Positions 1-12,322 of a stretch of DNA of 64,000 nt are shown here, in pieces. The notes under the pieces are model-generated. The model had not been told where the DNA came from. It did no database searches and worked only from the letters and a program-made list of their open reading frames with translations. Origin of the DNA: Malacoraja senta (lineage: Eukaryota); contig CM075988.1 in NCBI GenBank assembly GCA_038087875.1, forward strand, positions 26,538,001 through 26,602,000, read 5' to 3'. Position 1 is the stretch's first letter. Each line of letters opens with the position of its first letter. A program made the position numbers and the translations under genes.

Positions 1-74
1 CCCGCTGAGTTACTCCAGCACTTTGCATCTATCTATCTTTGGTATAAACCAGCATCTGCAGTTGTTTGTTTCTA
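1..74 (+). repeat. Penelope-derived short repeat (partial)
   Basis: CCCGCTGAGTTACTCCAGCA...AAACCAGCATCTGCAGTT matches the 3' end of the element at 6366-6500. Confidence 0.8.
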
Positions 75-774
75 TGGACGGTTTCTAGTCAGACTGTTCC
101 ATTGGCGCTGTATCACACCTCTGAGCAAGCACTTCCAACCCACGCAGAGAGTGCCACAAAAATAAAAACACTTTCCCTTGTTGTGACATTTAGAAAACTC
201 TCCTGGGCCTGAAGTCGTAGATTCCAATCTTGCTGCCACGTGACATGGTGGTAGATTCACTGGAACTTGAGTATATCCATGGACAAAGACAGGGGAAGAC
301 TCCTGTCCTTCATGCCTGCTTGATGCAAGGCCACACGTCGCCCCAACCTCTTTCTAACCTTTACAGCTGCACCATCCCATCAGAATGCATCACAACTCGG
401 GTTTGGCAACTGCCCTGCCCCAGATGGCAAACGTCCTAGATGCAGCTCAGTTCATCATGCAACAGACTCCCCCATCAACTCCATCTACACTTCACGCTGC
501 CTCAGGAAAGCAGCCGATATATAGAACCACTCCTACCTGGTCATTCTCTCTCCTCTCGCGTTGAAAGCACATACCACAAGCAGCTTCATTCTTGCAGTTA
601 TCAGACTCTCGAATGCACCCCACCCACACACTGTAGGATGTATTCCCCATCCTCCAATCTGCCTCATGGCCACCCTTGCACTTGTTTTTATCTGCACTTT
701 CTCTGCCGCTGTAACTCTGCACTCTGTTTATTTTCTATTTTGCACGATCTGATGTACTCACAGATAGTGTGGTC

Positions 775-929
775 TAGAAACATAGAAACATAGACAATAG
801 GTGCAGGAGTAGACCATTCGGCCCTTCGGGCTAGCACCGCCATTCAATATGATCATGGCTGATCATCCAAAATCAGTACCCCGTTCCTGCTTTCTCCCCA
901 AATCCCTTGATTCTGTTAGCCTAAGAGCT
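775..929 (-). mobile_element. CR1/HER1-type LINE 3' end
   Basis: (CATAGAAA)n tail and AATAGGTGCAGGAGTAG.CCATTCGGCCC shared with other CR1 copies. Confidence 0.8.
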
Positions 930-1194
930 GACAGGATAGCACACAAAACATATTATCTTGGTACGTTTGCAATATTAAACCAATATTATGTTCATTTTCA
1001 GACTATTCAGAGAGAAGATTTATTGCCATTATCGGAGGTCAATCAGGGACAGGCAATAAATACTGGCATGCCAGCAATATGTCTAAAACAACTCAGTAGC
1101 CTTCTACTACATCATTCTTTAAGTTTGTTTCTATTCAGTGTATTGAGGAATCCATTGCTTGTTGCCTTAAGGTGGTGGAACAGCTGCATCCATA

Positions 1195-1665
1195 GGAATT
1201 TTGAAGAGAGTTGTGGATGTAGCCCAATCCATCACACAAACCAACCTCCCTTCCATTGACTCCATCTACACCTCACGCTGCCTCGGCAAGGCCAGCAGCA
1301 TAATCAAAGACCAGTCTCACCCCGGTCACTCCACCATCTCCCCTCTCCCATCGGGCAAGAGGTACAGAAGTGTGAAAACGCACTCCTCCAGATCCAGGGA
1401 CAGTTTCTTCCCAGCTGTTATCAGGCAACTGAATCATCCACTCACCAACTAGAGTGCTGACCTCCCATCGACCTCATTGGAGACCTGTGAACTATCTTTT
1501 ATCGGACATTATCTTGCACTAAATGTTGTAGCTATAGCCTGTATCTGTACACGGTGGACATCTTGGTTGTAATCATGTGTCGTCTTTTGTGGTCATGTGC
1601 TGACTAGATACCACGCAAACAAAAGCTTTTCACTGTACCTCGGTACATGTGACAATAAACTAAAT
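1195..1665 (+). mobile_element. Rex1/Babar-type LINE 3' fragment
   Basis: RVVDVAQSITQTNLPSIDSIYTSRCLGKASSIIKDQSHPGH...LPSGKRYRS...SFFPAVIRQLN, plus tail GTGACAATAAACTAAA. Confidence 0.8.
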
Positions 1666-1702
1666 GATATCCTGGCTTCATGTCACTGGGTCCAAATCCT
1701 GG

Positions 1703-1843
1703 GGTGGAAGATCGCGACCTTCATGTGGTCCGCCCTGTTTCAACGAATGCAATCAACTTGCCGTGCACAATCAAATATGATCAAATAGAACAAGTTGTCC
1801 TACAACTTTAGGCTGTGCACGCCATACGCAAGAAGAAGAAGAA
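1703..1843 (+). mobile_element. Short retroposed insertion with (AAG)n tail and 14-bp TSD; family uncertain
   Basis: TSD GGTCCAAATCCTGG at 1689-1702 and 1844-1857. 3' end GCCATACGC(AAG)n. Confidence 0.75.
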
Positions 1844-1884
1844 GGTCCAAATCCTGGAACTCACTCCCAAGTCCATGGATTGAG

Positions 1885-2232
1885 ATCCATGGTGGATGTG
1901 GAGAGGATGTTTCCACCAGTGGGAGAGTCTAGGACTAGAGGTCATAGCCTCAGAATTAAAGGACGTTCTTTTAGGAAGGAGATGAGGAGGAATTTCTTTA
2001 GTCAGAGGGTGGTGAAACTGTGGAATTCTTTGCCACAGATGGCTGTAGAGGCCAAGTCAGTGGGTATTTGCAGGGCAGAGATTGATAGATTCTTGATTAG
2101 TACGGGTGTCAGAGGTTATGGGGAGAAGGCAGGAGAGTGGGGTTAGGAGGGGGAGATAGATCAGCCATGATTGAATGGCGGAGTAGACTAGATGGGTCGA
2201 ATGGCCTAATTCTGCTCCTATTCCTTATGACT
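1885..2232 (+). mobile_element. CR1/HER1-type LINE 3' fragment
   Basis: RMFPPVGESRTRGHSLRIKG...FFSQRVVKLWNSLP, typical of the CR1 ORF2 C-terminus. Confidence 0.87.
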
Positions 2233-3609
2233 GGTTTGGCCATTGCTCGTCATTACTGACTAACAACAGCAGGTGGTGCTGCTGCACCACTCATCCAGCC
2301 AGCCCTTATAAACCTTTCACCAGCTCGCTGCCCCCTGCTGGAGTAACAGCAACATAAACAAATACATAGCATTTATGTTTCCAAGCTGCTCCCTTCATGT
2401 ATTTATACGCTGACTTGATCATTAGTCCAGACTGAATACCTGTGACAATGTTACATAGTTGATGCAGTCTGAAGTAGCGTCTTGACCCTAAACGTCACCC
2501 ATTCCTTCTCTCCAGAGATGCTGCCTGTCCCACTGAGTTACTCCAGCATTCTGTGTCTAGTTGATGCATGGCCCTCCACAGGACTGCTGTCAATAAGCTG
2601 GCAGGATGATGCCCCTATCAATGCAGAAAGGACAGCATCTCCCTTGGCTTTGTGCCCACACTGTTTAACTCCTTGCTGTTTGTTCCACCGCTGGAGAGCA
2701 GCAGAAATCTGACCTCATTGGAGACCCTTGCACTATCTTTGATTGGACTTTATCTTGCACTAAACATTATTCGTGTTATTTCCTTATCATGTATCTGTAC
2801 ACCGTGAATGGCTCGATTGTAATCATGTATTGTCTTTCCGCTGACTGGTTAGCACGCAACAAAAGCTTTCCACTGTATCTCGGTACATGTGACAATAAAC
2901 TACACTCAAACTCAAGCAGGTGACAAAGTTAGTGTGAGCTGTGGTCCCACTGTGAGTATGCCCACCTCAGTCTGCATTGTGTGAGGCTGTAATGAGCGTG
3001 TCCGAGCAGCAGGGGGCAAGAGGGAGCAAGCCGCTCGCTCTCTGATCATCCACCTGTATCCAGCTGTGTCCCAGCTGTTGGTGATGCAGCAGTCGGGTTT
3101 AGCCTGGTGTCATGGGCTGGGTTACATCCTCTGTCCTTGTCAATCCCTGCGGAGAGGCACAGCATGCTGTCAGAGTGGTTGCTCTGTGAGGACTCGTGTC
3201 AGCACCAATCTGCAGCAGAGCCAATACTGGCTGTGGACAAGTAGAAAACTCAACAATATGTCTGGCCCCATGCAAGCTGGAAATGTTGGAAAATCCAAGC
3301 AGGTCGGGCAGCCTCTGCGGAAAGAGAAACAGTTAATGTTTCAGATGGAAATACCTTCATCAGCACTGGGAGGGATCGAGGAAGAGGGGGAGAGAGAGAG
3401 GGAGAGAGGGAGAGGGAGAGAGAGAGGGAGAGAGAGAGGGAGAGGGAGGGAGAGGGAGGGAGAGGGAGAGGGAGAGGGAGGGGAGTTGGGGAGTGGGAGA
3501 ACCAACTCCATGGTAGGTGTAGCCGTGAAGCTGCATTGTCTGTGATGTGTTGTTAACGATCCTATTTCCATTTCTCAAGCTTCGGTTTTTGCATTAGGGG
3601 CAGCACCCC

Positions 3610-3884
3610 GGCACGGCGGGTAGACCTACTGCCTCATAGTGCCAAAGACCTGGGTTCAATCGACCATGGGTGCTGTCTGTGTGGAGTTTGCACGTTTGCC
3701 CTGTAACCATGTGGATTTCTTCTGGGTGCTCCGGTTTGCATCCACACCCCAAAGAAGGAGGCTAATTGGCCCTCGTGTGTAGGGAGTGGGTGAGCAAGTG
3801 GGATAACTAGTGTGAACGGGTGATCAATGGTCAGTATGGACTTGGTGGGCCAAAGGGCCTGTTTCCATTCTGCATCCTTTAATC
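3610..3884 (+). mobile_element. tRNA-derived V-SINE (HE1-like)
   Basis: B box GGTTCAATC, GTGTGGAGTTTGCACGTT, tail GGGCCAAAGGGCCTGTTTCC. Confidence 0.82.
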
Positions 3885-4582
3885 ATCAGTGTGCAATGCT
3901 GCTTTCTCACAAGGAGTGGGGGGTTTGAAGGAAGAGAGTCCCAGCCTGCTCCTTGTAAGAAATGCAGCCAATGTATGCACAGGTTCAGTGGACAGGCAGT
4001 TACAATGTTCACTGCAACAACAGCAGGTCAGACAGTATCTGTGGGGGGAATGGATGCACATTAGGTCGGGACCCCACTTCAGGCTGATTAGTATTGCTGG
4101 CATTGATAGAATCAGTTTGAAGAAGGGTCCCGACCTGAAACGTCGTCTTATCCATTTCTTCCATAAATACGCTGAGTTCCTCCAGCACTTTGTGTTTTTG
4201 CTCAAGATTCCAGCATCTGCAGTTTCTTGTCCAAAATCATTGGCTTTAACTGGTATTAATCAGGAGACCTGTGCAGAGATCTGTTCCAAGTGGTTCTGTT
4301 GTAATTGAGGACGTACACGGGAGCCAGGTTTACAATCCTGTCCAGAAGGGGGCAGTGCAGCACTCGCTCTGTACCTCAGTAACATGTCTGCATAGATCAC
4401 CAGCTCAGTCCCCCAGAGAGACAGAGAACAACCAGTCTCAGGCAAAGTAACCACTCACACAGCCAGGAGGGACAGTGATGGGTGCTCTACGCTGCCCTTT
4501 ATGCTCATGCCCACATTGATCAAAGTCTTCACTTTACTTTTGCTGAGGAGTAAAGTGTGACCATCACTCTGACGATCGACAG

Positions 4583-5353
4583 GGTGCTGGAGTAACTCAG
4601 CGGGTCAGGCAGCATCTGTGGAGAACATGGATAGGTGACGTTTCACAGAGTGCTGGAGTAACTCAGCGGGTCAGGCAGCATCTGTGGAGCGAAGGAAATG
4701 GGCAACCTTTCGGGCCGAAACCCTGAAGGAAATAGGCAACGTTTCGGGCCGAAACCCGGAAGGGTTTCGGGCCGAAACGTTGCCTATTTCCTTCGCTCCA
4801 TAGATGCTGCCGGAACATGGATAGGTGACGTTTCACAGAGTGCTGGAGTAACTCAGCGGGTCAGGCACCATCTGTGGAGAACGTGGATAGGTGACGTTTC
4901 AGGTCGAGACCCTTGTAGACAATTTATGCATGGTCAAGGCTAGAAGTGTCTTAATCAGAAACGTCACCTATTGTTCTCTCCAGAGATACTGCCTGACCCG
5001 CTGAATTACTCCAGTATTTTGTGTCTGTCTTCAGTGTAAACCAACATCTGCAGTTTCTTCCTACACAGTCTGAAGAAGGGCCTCAACCTGAAACGTCACC
5101 TTTCCATGTTCTCCACAGATGCTGCCTGACCCGCTGAGTTACGCCAGCACTCTGTGAAATGTCACCTATCCATGTTCCCCACAGATGCTGCCTGGCCCGC
5201 TGAGTTACTCCAGCACTCTGTGAAACGTCACCTATCCATGTTCCCCACAGATGCTGCCTGACCCGCTGAGTTACTCCAGCACTCTGTGAAACGTCACCTA
5301 TCCATGTTCTCCAGGGATGCTGCCTGACCCGCTGAGTTACTCCAGCACTCTGT
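4583..5353. repeat. Composite inverted and tandem array of Penelope-derived repeats (66-bp unit)
   Basis: Minus-sense units at 4583-4910 with an internal hairpin insert. Plus-sense units at 4958-5353, including four 66-bp copies (CCATGTT at 5104 and 5170 gives the period). Confidence 0.88.
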
Positions 5354-6365
5354 GTTTCCTAAAGAGTAATGTCCATTTCCATCTGAATCCTGATGTTCCT
5401 CACCTCTCCACTAGAGGGTGGGCTGGATCCACTGGCTGCCAGATCTCTAATGTTACCTAGTGTTGGATCAGCACTTGTCGAGTTGGACATGATGCAAGCG
5501 AAGCCTTGCCATAGCTGGTCTAACCGTTACTCTTTATGTGAATGCCAGTGGGGTACTTATATCACACACAAGCCTGCTTCTGCCTTTGTCTCTGTCCTAC
5601 AGACAGGTCTATCCCAACAGATGCTACAGGGTGCACCATTGACACATGATATTCTGGTTGGTGGCACATTGACTGGGGCCCTGCAAGAGGTTGGGTCTGC
5701 ATGCTGGAGGGAAGGTTCTGAGCCAGTATCCCTTCCCCTTCAAGCATGTGGACATTGGCTGGCAGGAATGGCCATTCACTACTCTCTCCCTGGGCTCCCA
5801 TGTGGAAGATGTACACCTTGGACATCACCCTTGGACCAATGCCAAACAAGACTCACTATCTTCAAGGCACTGGCACATCCGTTGGTGCTGCTAGCTCACA
5901 TCTTCAGAACCAAGGTTCAACCCTGAGCTGCAGTGCTGGATGTGTGGAGTTTGCACGTTCTCCCTGTGACCATGTAGGTTCCCTCAGGTGCTCCGGTTTC
6001 CTCCCACATCCCAACGGTGTACGGATCGGTGGTAACAGACTGCTGGTTGGTGGGATGCCAGAGTAGATGCATAGGTGGGATGTTGACTGACAAATTAGAG
6101 AATAGGTCACAGAGAAACAAGGAGGGAGAAATGGGGTTAATAAGAAGCTGCCTGATCGCTGAGTTTTTCCAGCAGTTTGGATTTTATTTAATGAGATGGT
6201 TCCAAGTGATGTCTTACAGTTTAATGGACCAATCGTCTCTTCCTAATCGTAAGGAAATATGAGATTAATGGTGGATTAAACTGTCAATTAGATAACTTCC
6301 TCCCATCATCAATTATATTTTTATTCTCCAATACTTTCTGAATGTCACATGATGTAGAATCACTA

Positions 6366-7050
6366 CGTGTAGGAAAGAACTGCAGATGCTGGTTTAAATC
6401 GAAGATAGACACAAAATGCTAGAGTAACTCAGCGGGACAGGCAGCATCCCTGGAGAGAAGGAATGGGTGATTTTTGGGTCGAGACTCTTCTTAAGACTGA
6501 TGTCAGGGGAGGGGGAGAGACAGAGATAGAATGTAGTCGGAGACAATATGACTGGTGGGAGAACTGGGAAAAGGGAGGGGATGGAGAGAGAGGGAAAGCA
6601 AGGGTTACTTCAAGTTAGAGAAGTCAATGTTCATACCGCTGGGGTGTAAGATGCCCAAGCGAAATATGAGATGCTGTTCCTCCAATTTGCGCTGGGCCTC
6701 ACTCTGACAATAGAGGAGGCCCAGGACAGAAAGGTCAGTGTGGGAATGGGAGGGGGAGTTGAAGTGCTGGGCCACTGGGAGATCTGGTAGGTTAATGCGG
6801 ACTGAGAGGAGGTGTTCAGCGAACGATCGCCGAGCCTGCGCTTGGTCTCACCGATATACAGGAAGTCCACACCTGGAACAGAGGATACAGTAGATGAGGT
6901 TGGAGGAGGTGCAAGTGAACCTCTGCCTCACCTGAAAGGACTGTCGGGGTCCTTGGATGGAGTCGAGGGGGGATGTATAGGGACAGGTGTTGCATCTCCT
7001 GCGGTTGCAGAGGAAAGTATCTGGGGAGGGGTGGTTTGGGTGGGAAGGAA
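6366..7050 (-). mobile_element. Penelope-like element 3' fragment: GIY-YIG endonuclease remnant plus 3' terminal repeat
   Basis: CNRRRCNTC...FTCTSSNLIYCILCSRCG, then a frameshift to LYIGETKRRLGDRFAEHL...VAQHFN. Followed on the minus strand by the same GATGCTGCCTGTCCCGCTGAGTTACTC repeat found throughout the window. Confidence 0.9.
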
Positions 7051-7782
7051 GCAACCCACTGCCCCACTGCACGCTGCCCCACCCCACCCGCACTGCCCCA
7101 CTGCCTGCTGCCCCACCCCACCCCCACTGCCCCACCCCTCCCCCACTGTCCCCCCCACCACTGCCCACTGAGCCGCCGTCTCCAGATACAGCCTCTGTGC
7201 TGTTGATGATTCTGACCTTGGTCTGAGCTCGGGTGCATCCAATAAGTGAGACTGAAGAGAAGTGAGGGATTGTTCATGTGGACGGCAGCAGCAATTCCCA
7301 GCGTCTGTGAACGAGAGTTTCTCTTTTATTGAACGTATATCCGAACCAAATGGCAAGTGTTATTTTTGTCTGTCTCTTCTTAGTAGGAGCAGAAGATTTA
7401 CGAGATGTAGTTGTGGCCACAGATTAGCCCAGAAAGTGCTTCTGTACAAGCCTCTTGCACAGATCTTACCTAGCTCACAGGATGACAGAGAATGCATAAA
7501 GATCTGGTTAAAGTTGTATTAGGTTTGACATAGGTAAAGATAAATGCTTCATTCTGTAGGAATACAAATCTGTTGCTAATAAAATGTTTTTATCTGTACT
7601 GAGTGATAAAGGTTTGGATGAGAGACCATCACAGACACTGGCTTCACTCAGGGACAGGCAGTGGCTGGAGGTTTAAACAAACGGGAAACATACTTCCGAA
7701 GGATCAGCATAAGATTCTGAAAATGGATTTGTACTTATATTCATAATCAAGCACGTTGCATAGCATGTTATGATATTTAACT

Positions 7783-8001
7783 AAACATAGAGCATAGAAC
7801 AGCACAGCACAAGAACAGGCCCTTCGGCCCACAATGTCTGTGGTGAACATGATGAGAAGACCATCACACATGTACCTGCACATAACCCATATCCCTCCAC
7901 TCCCTCCATATGCATGTCTATCCAAATTACAAATGGCACTATTGTATCTGCCTCCACCACCACCCTGGTTCCAGGCACCCACCACCCTCTGTGTAAAAAA
8001 A
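7783..8001 (-). mobile_element. CR1-type LINE 3' fragment
   Basis: FFTQRVVGAWN; tail GGGCCGAAGGGCCTGT. Confidence 0.75.
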
Positions 8002-9142
8002 AACAAAAGAAGGGTCCTGACCCACGGAGTCACTCCAGCACTTTATATTCTCGGGGAGAAGAGAATAGAGGGATAGGGCTGTTGAGGATGAGGCATCACC
8101 TGTGGCACTCCAGTGCTGGGCTGAGGTATATGTTACCGTACCAGTCTGTGTAACGTCACAACGCCTACTGCCATTCCGTGACTGTCGACAAGTGGCACCA
8201 TTGGAACTAAGTTGTCCAAACAATTCATGGGGCTCCTCAACGAGGAATCAATACAACTGGTGATCCAATGCAACCAATGTCCTCAGCTGGTGGAGTTGGC
8301 AGCTCTGACAGAGAGACAGACCTGTGTGCTCCTCTGTATGTTGATGTTCCAGAGGGCATGAATGTATTTGCCATCCCATGACCCTTGCTACAAAGCCCAG
8401 GAGGACAGGTGCGATGCCTCCCATGGTTAAATAGACCACTGCCATTCATCTAGTTAGACTTCACCAAGTATCAGCCATGTATATGATCAGCCATGATCAC
8501 ATTGAATGGCGGTGCTGGCTCGAAGGGCCGAATGGCCTACTCCTGCACCTATTGTCTATTGTCTATCAGTTACAGAAACTCACATTTATAACACGTGACA
8601 ATCTCAGGACTTGTCAAGACACTTTAGTCAGTGAAATGCCCTTGAGCTTGGTCACTGTGGCAATGTCACAGGGAGATCCCAAACATCCCTGACATGTAAC
8701 TGGACAAACATCTCTGCTCCATGTGTTAGTCTCCCATCCTGAGCCCTTTCCCACAGGGGTCATTCCTTCTCCTCACTCCCACAAAGCAGTAGATACAAAA
8801 AACTCATAAGTTCTCGGAGCAGAATTAGGCCATTCGGCCCATCAAGTCTACGCCATTCAATCATGGCTGCTCTATCTCTCCCTCTCAACCCCATTCTCCT
8901 ACCTTCTCCCCATAACCCCTGACACCCGTACTAATGAAGGAAAGCTTGAAATCGCGCACCACCAGACTCAAGAACAGCTTCTTCCCCTCTGTAATCATGG
9001 TTTATGAACAGACCATCCATGAGCCAGAGTATTATACTATTGATCTCCACCTATTGCGGGCAGTTGACTGTGTCTCTGGAACTGTTACACCTCAAAGCTG
9101 AGAACTATATCTATCTTTCCCTTCACTCTGCTTATTGTACTT

Positions 9143-9561
9143 GTACACTCTGGAGTTTAGAAGGATGAGAGGGTATCTCATTGAAACATATAAGGTTGTT
9201 ACGGGTTAGGACACGTTAGAGGCAGGAAACATGTTCCCGATGTTGGGGGAGTCCAGAACCAGGGGTCACAGTTTAAGAATAAGGAGTAAGCCATTTAGAA
9301 TGGAGACGAGGAAACACTTTTTCTCACAGAGAGTGGTGAGTCTGTGGAATTCTCTGCCTCAGAGGGTGGTGGAGGCAGGTTCTCTGGATGCTTACAAGAG
9401 AGAGCTAGATAGGGCTCTTAAAAATAGCGGAGTCAGGGGATATGGGGAGAAGGCAGGAACGGGGTACTGATTGGGGATGATCAGCCGTGATCACATTGAA
9501 TGGCGGTGCTGGCTTGAAGGGCCGAATGGCCTACTCCTGCACCTATTGTCCATTGTCTATT
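9143..9561 (+). mobile_element. CR1/HER1-type LINE 3' fragment
   Basis: MFPMLGESRTRGHSLRI...FFSQRVVSLWNSLP; tail CCTATTGTC. Confidence 0.87.
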
Positions 9562-10119
9562 AACTTGATTGTATTTATGCAAAATATGACACCAAAACCT
9601 TTCCCTGTACCTTGGTACACATGCTAGTAGTAGGTCCCACCAAATGAATGTCCCCTTTTGTGTGTGACTACACTTCTATTCTTTTGCTTGGGATGATTTA
9701 ACAGAGTTAGATTGGTGCTGTATTAATGGAAGCGGGTGCTGTTAGACTGGGGCCATCCTAGACATATGATTTATTGTCACCTTCCGATGGCCATTTCCGA
9801 TATTTCACCACATGTATGCGTGGCAATACACACGTGGGCAAACATACATGCACGTTCACACACAATATGATTTTAAAGACAGATTTAAAAATAACCTTCA
9901 ACTTATTCATTTCAAAGATCAGGCTGCATTGACATGAGTCAAATGTCATGACAGCCCACCCACACACTCCTTTTGCCAGCCATCAGCTCCAACCCACTGC
10001 CTGTCATCTGTCCAGGACAGACCCACACTGTACACAGCCCCTGCAGTGCACAGCCAGGGATGGGCTTTAATCACATGTACACATCTTGTCCAAGCTTCAC
10101 CGATGTGACATCACCACAG

Positions 10120-10650
10120 TAAGCATCTTGTCAGGATGCTACATCACAGCTTGGTTTGGGAACAGCTCCATCCAAGACCGCAAGAAATTGCAGCGAATTG
10201 TGGCCATCACACAAACCAACATCCCTTCTATTGATTCCATTTATACCTCACACTTCCTCGGCAAGTCCAGCAGCATAATCACGGACCAGTCGCACCCCGG
10301 CCACTCCCTCTTCTCCCCTCTCCCATCGGGCAAGAGGTACAGAAGTCTGAAAACGCACACCTCCAGATTCAGGGACAGTTTCTTCCCGGCTGTTATCAGG
10401 CAACTGAACCATCCTACCACAACTAGAGAGCAGTGCTGAACTACTGTCTGCCTCTTTGGTGACCTTCGGACTATCTTTGATCGGACTTTACTGGCTTTAT
10501 CTTGCACAAATCGGTATTTCTTTATCATGTATCTGTACACTGTAAATGGCTCGATTGTAATCACGTATTGTCTTTCCACTGATTGGTTAGCAAGCAACAA
10601 AAGCTTTCCACTGTACCTCAGTACACGTGACAATAAACTGAACTGAACTG
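10120..10650 (+). mobile_element. Rex1/Babar-type LINE 3' fragment
   Basis: SILSGC.ITAWFGN...DRKKLQRIV...HPGHSLFSPLPSGKRYRS...SFFPAVIRQLN, tail AATAA(ACTGA)n. Tail-only copies at about 2708-2915, 14016-14150 (minus) and 49625-49740 (minus). Confidence 0.82.
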
Positions 10651-10899
10651 ATCTCTGCCTCAGCTGATCCACCGCTGAAACCCTCACCTCTGCCTTGTCA
10701 CCTCAAACCATGGCTATTCCAGTTCTCAGCCATCTCACTTCCCTGTGGAAACATGGCTATGTGTAACCCACCACCTATGTCCTAGGTAACAGGTCTCCAC
10801 ACCAGTATTTGTTGACCATTAAATTATGCCTCAACTTTAAAATTCTGAAATTCCACTACTTTATCTCTAGAGTCTCTGCCAAACTCAATCACACTGCCG

Positions 10900-11206
10900 T
10901 TTAATTTAGTTTAGAGATACAACATGAAAACAGGCCATTCGGCCCACTGAGCCGTTCACACTAGTTCCATGTTATCCCACTCTCCCATCCACTCCCTAGA
11001 CACTAGGGACAATTTACTGAGGGCCGATTAACCTACAAACCTGCACGTCTTTGGGATGTGGGAGGAAGGTGGAGCACCCGGAGGAAACCCACACGGTCAC
11101 AGGGAGAACGTGCAAACTCCACACAGACAGCACCCAAGGTCAGGATTGATCCCGGGTCTCTGGCACTGTACGGCAGCAGTTCTACCCGCTGCTCCACCAT
11201 CCCCCC
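10900..11206 (-). mobile_element. tRNA-derived V-SINE (HE1-like)
   Basis: Same head, body and tail as 50075-50386. Confidence 0.85.
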
Positions 11207-11838
11207 ATTGTTTCAATACTGCCACTATTTTGTACACAATGGGACGATCCACCAACAACACTGGCAGGATAACTTCACCACACAGACTGCTGTGCGGTTC
11301 AAAGGGAACGTGTTCTAAAGGACGTTAGTGGTGCCCAGCATGAGACACCCACACCCAAGAAATAATTTTAATTAAAAACAATCCCACTCATGTATTTGTT
11401 GAGCGATTATTTACAATGCCCGGATTGTATTTAAATTGTACAAGCATATTGAACAAGAAACCCTTAATTGAATGTTGTTATGTGACACGCCTCATTAGCC
11501 TCATATGATGGTAATGTACTTTACTGTATTTCCAAACAATGAAGATTACGTTTAATGAGATACAGCATCTTTACACGGTGAACAGTTAAAGTAGACTCTT
11601 CTAATAACTAATCTCTGCTTAATTATTTCCTCCTCAGATGCAAAGCTTTCCAATTAAAGTTTGTAAAGATCTCTGTGGAATTGCCTTTCTAATCACAAAG
11701 CACAATAACTGCCAGTGGAACGTACTTCACCAACAGCCCCGCGACAATTGTCTCTCCTTCATTTGTCAACTTTAACAAATGCCTTCACAGCTTAGCAAAA
11801 ATGAAACAATTTATAAAACACCTTTCCTGACATTCAGA

Positions 11839-11937
11839 AGATAGACACAAAAAGCTGGAGTAACTCAGCGGGACAGGCAGCATCTCTGGAGAGAAGGAAT
11901 GGGTGACGATTTGGGTCGAGACCCTTCTTCAAACATT
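11839..11937 (-). repeat. Penelope-derived short insertion with 12-bp TSD
   Basis: CTGACATTCAGA at 11827-11838 and 11938-11949. Confidence 0.78.
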
Positions 11938-12148
11938 CTGACATTCAGATGCTCTATATTACTTCAGACCCTGTTGTACAATGGGAAACTCCGTACAAAG
12001 CTTGTGCACAGAGATACCAGGTTATCTGATTAGTTAAGGGATAATTATTAACCAATATCAGCTTTAACATAATGCAATAGAATTGTTTATGCTGCTCAGA
12101 GACGATGGGACCTCAATTTAACGTGTCAACTGATATATACTCCCTTCA

Positions 12149-12322
12149 GGTGGCACAGTGGCACAGCAGATAGAGCCGCTGCCTCATGGCGCCAGAGATC
12201 CAGGTTCAATCCTGACCTCGGGTGCTGCCTGTATGGAGTTTGCACATTCTTATGATCGCGTGGGTTTTCCCCAGCTGCTCCAGTTTCCTCCCACATTCCA
12301 AAGACATGCCGGATTGTAGGTT
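12149..12322 (+). mobile_element. V-SINE 5' part
   Basis: GGCACAGTGGCACAGC...GGTTCAATCC...GGAGTTTGCAC. A second copy lies at 12676-12920. Confidence 0.8.

Noticed and set aside
3066..3578. ORFs with ER/GR or SP/LP repeats (also 22543-22937)
   Set aside because: Translations of GA-rich simple repeats.
7186..7226. Possible terminal exon with a hydrophobic tail (TASVLLMILTLV*)
   Set aside because: Too short, no partner exons, and adjacent to low-complexity DNA.
8318..8400. Possible next ZBTB16 exon ending in HTG (minus strand)
   Set aside because: Translation CPLEHQHTEEHTG lacks the CxxC zinc-finger pattern and does not resemble the expected CDQCGAQF exon; the donor is weak.
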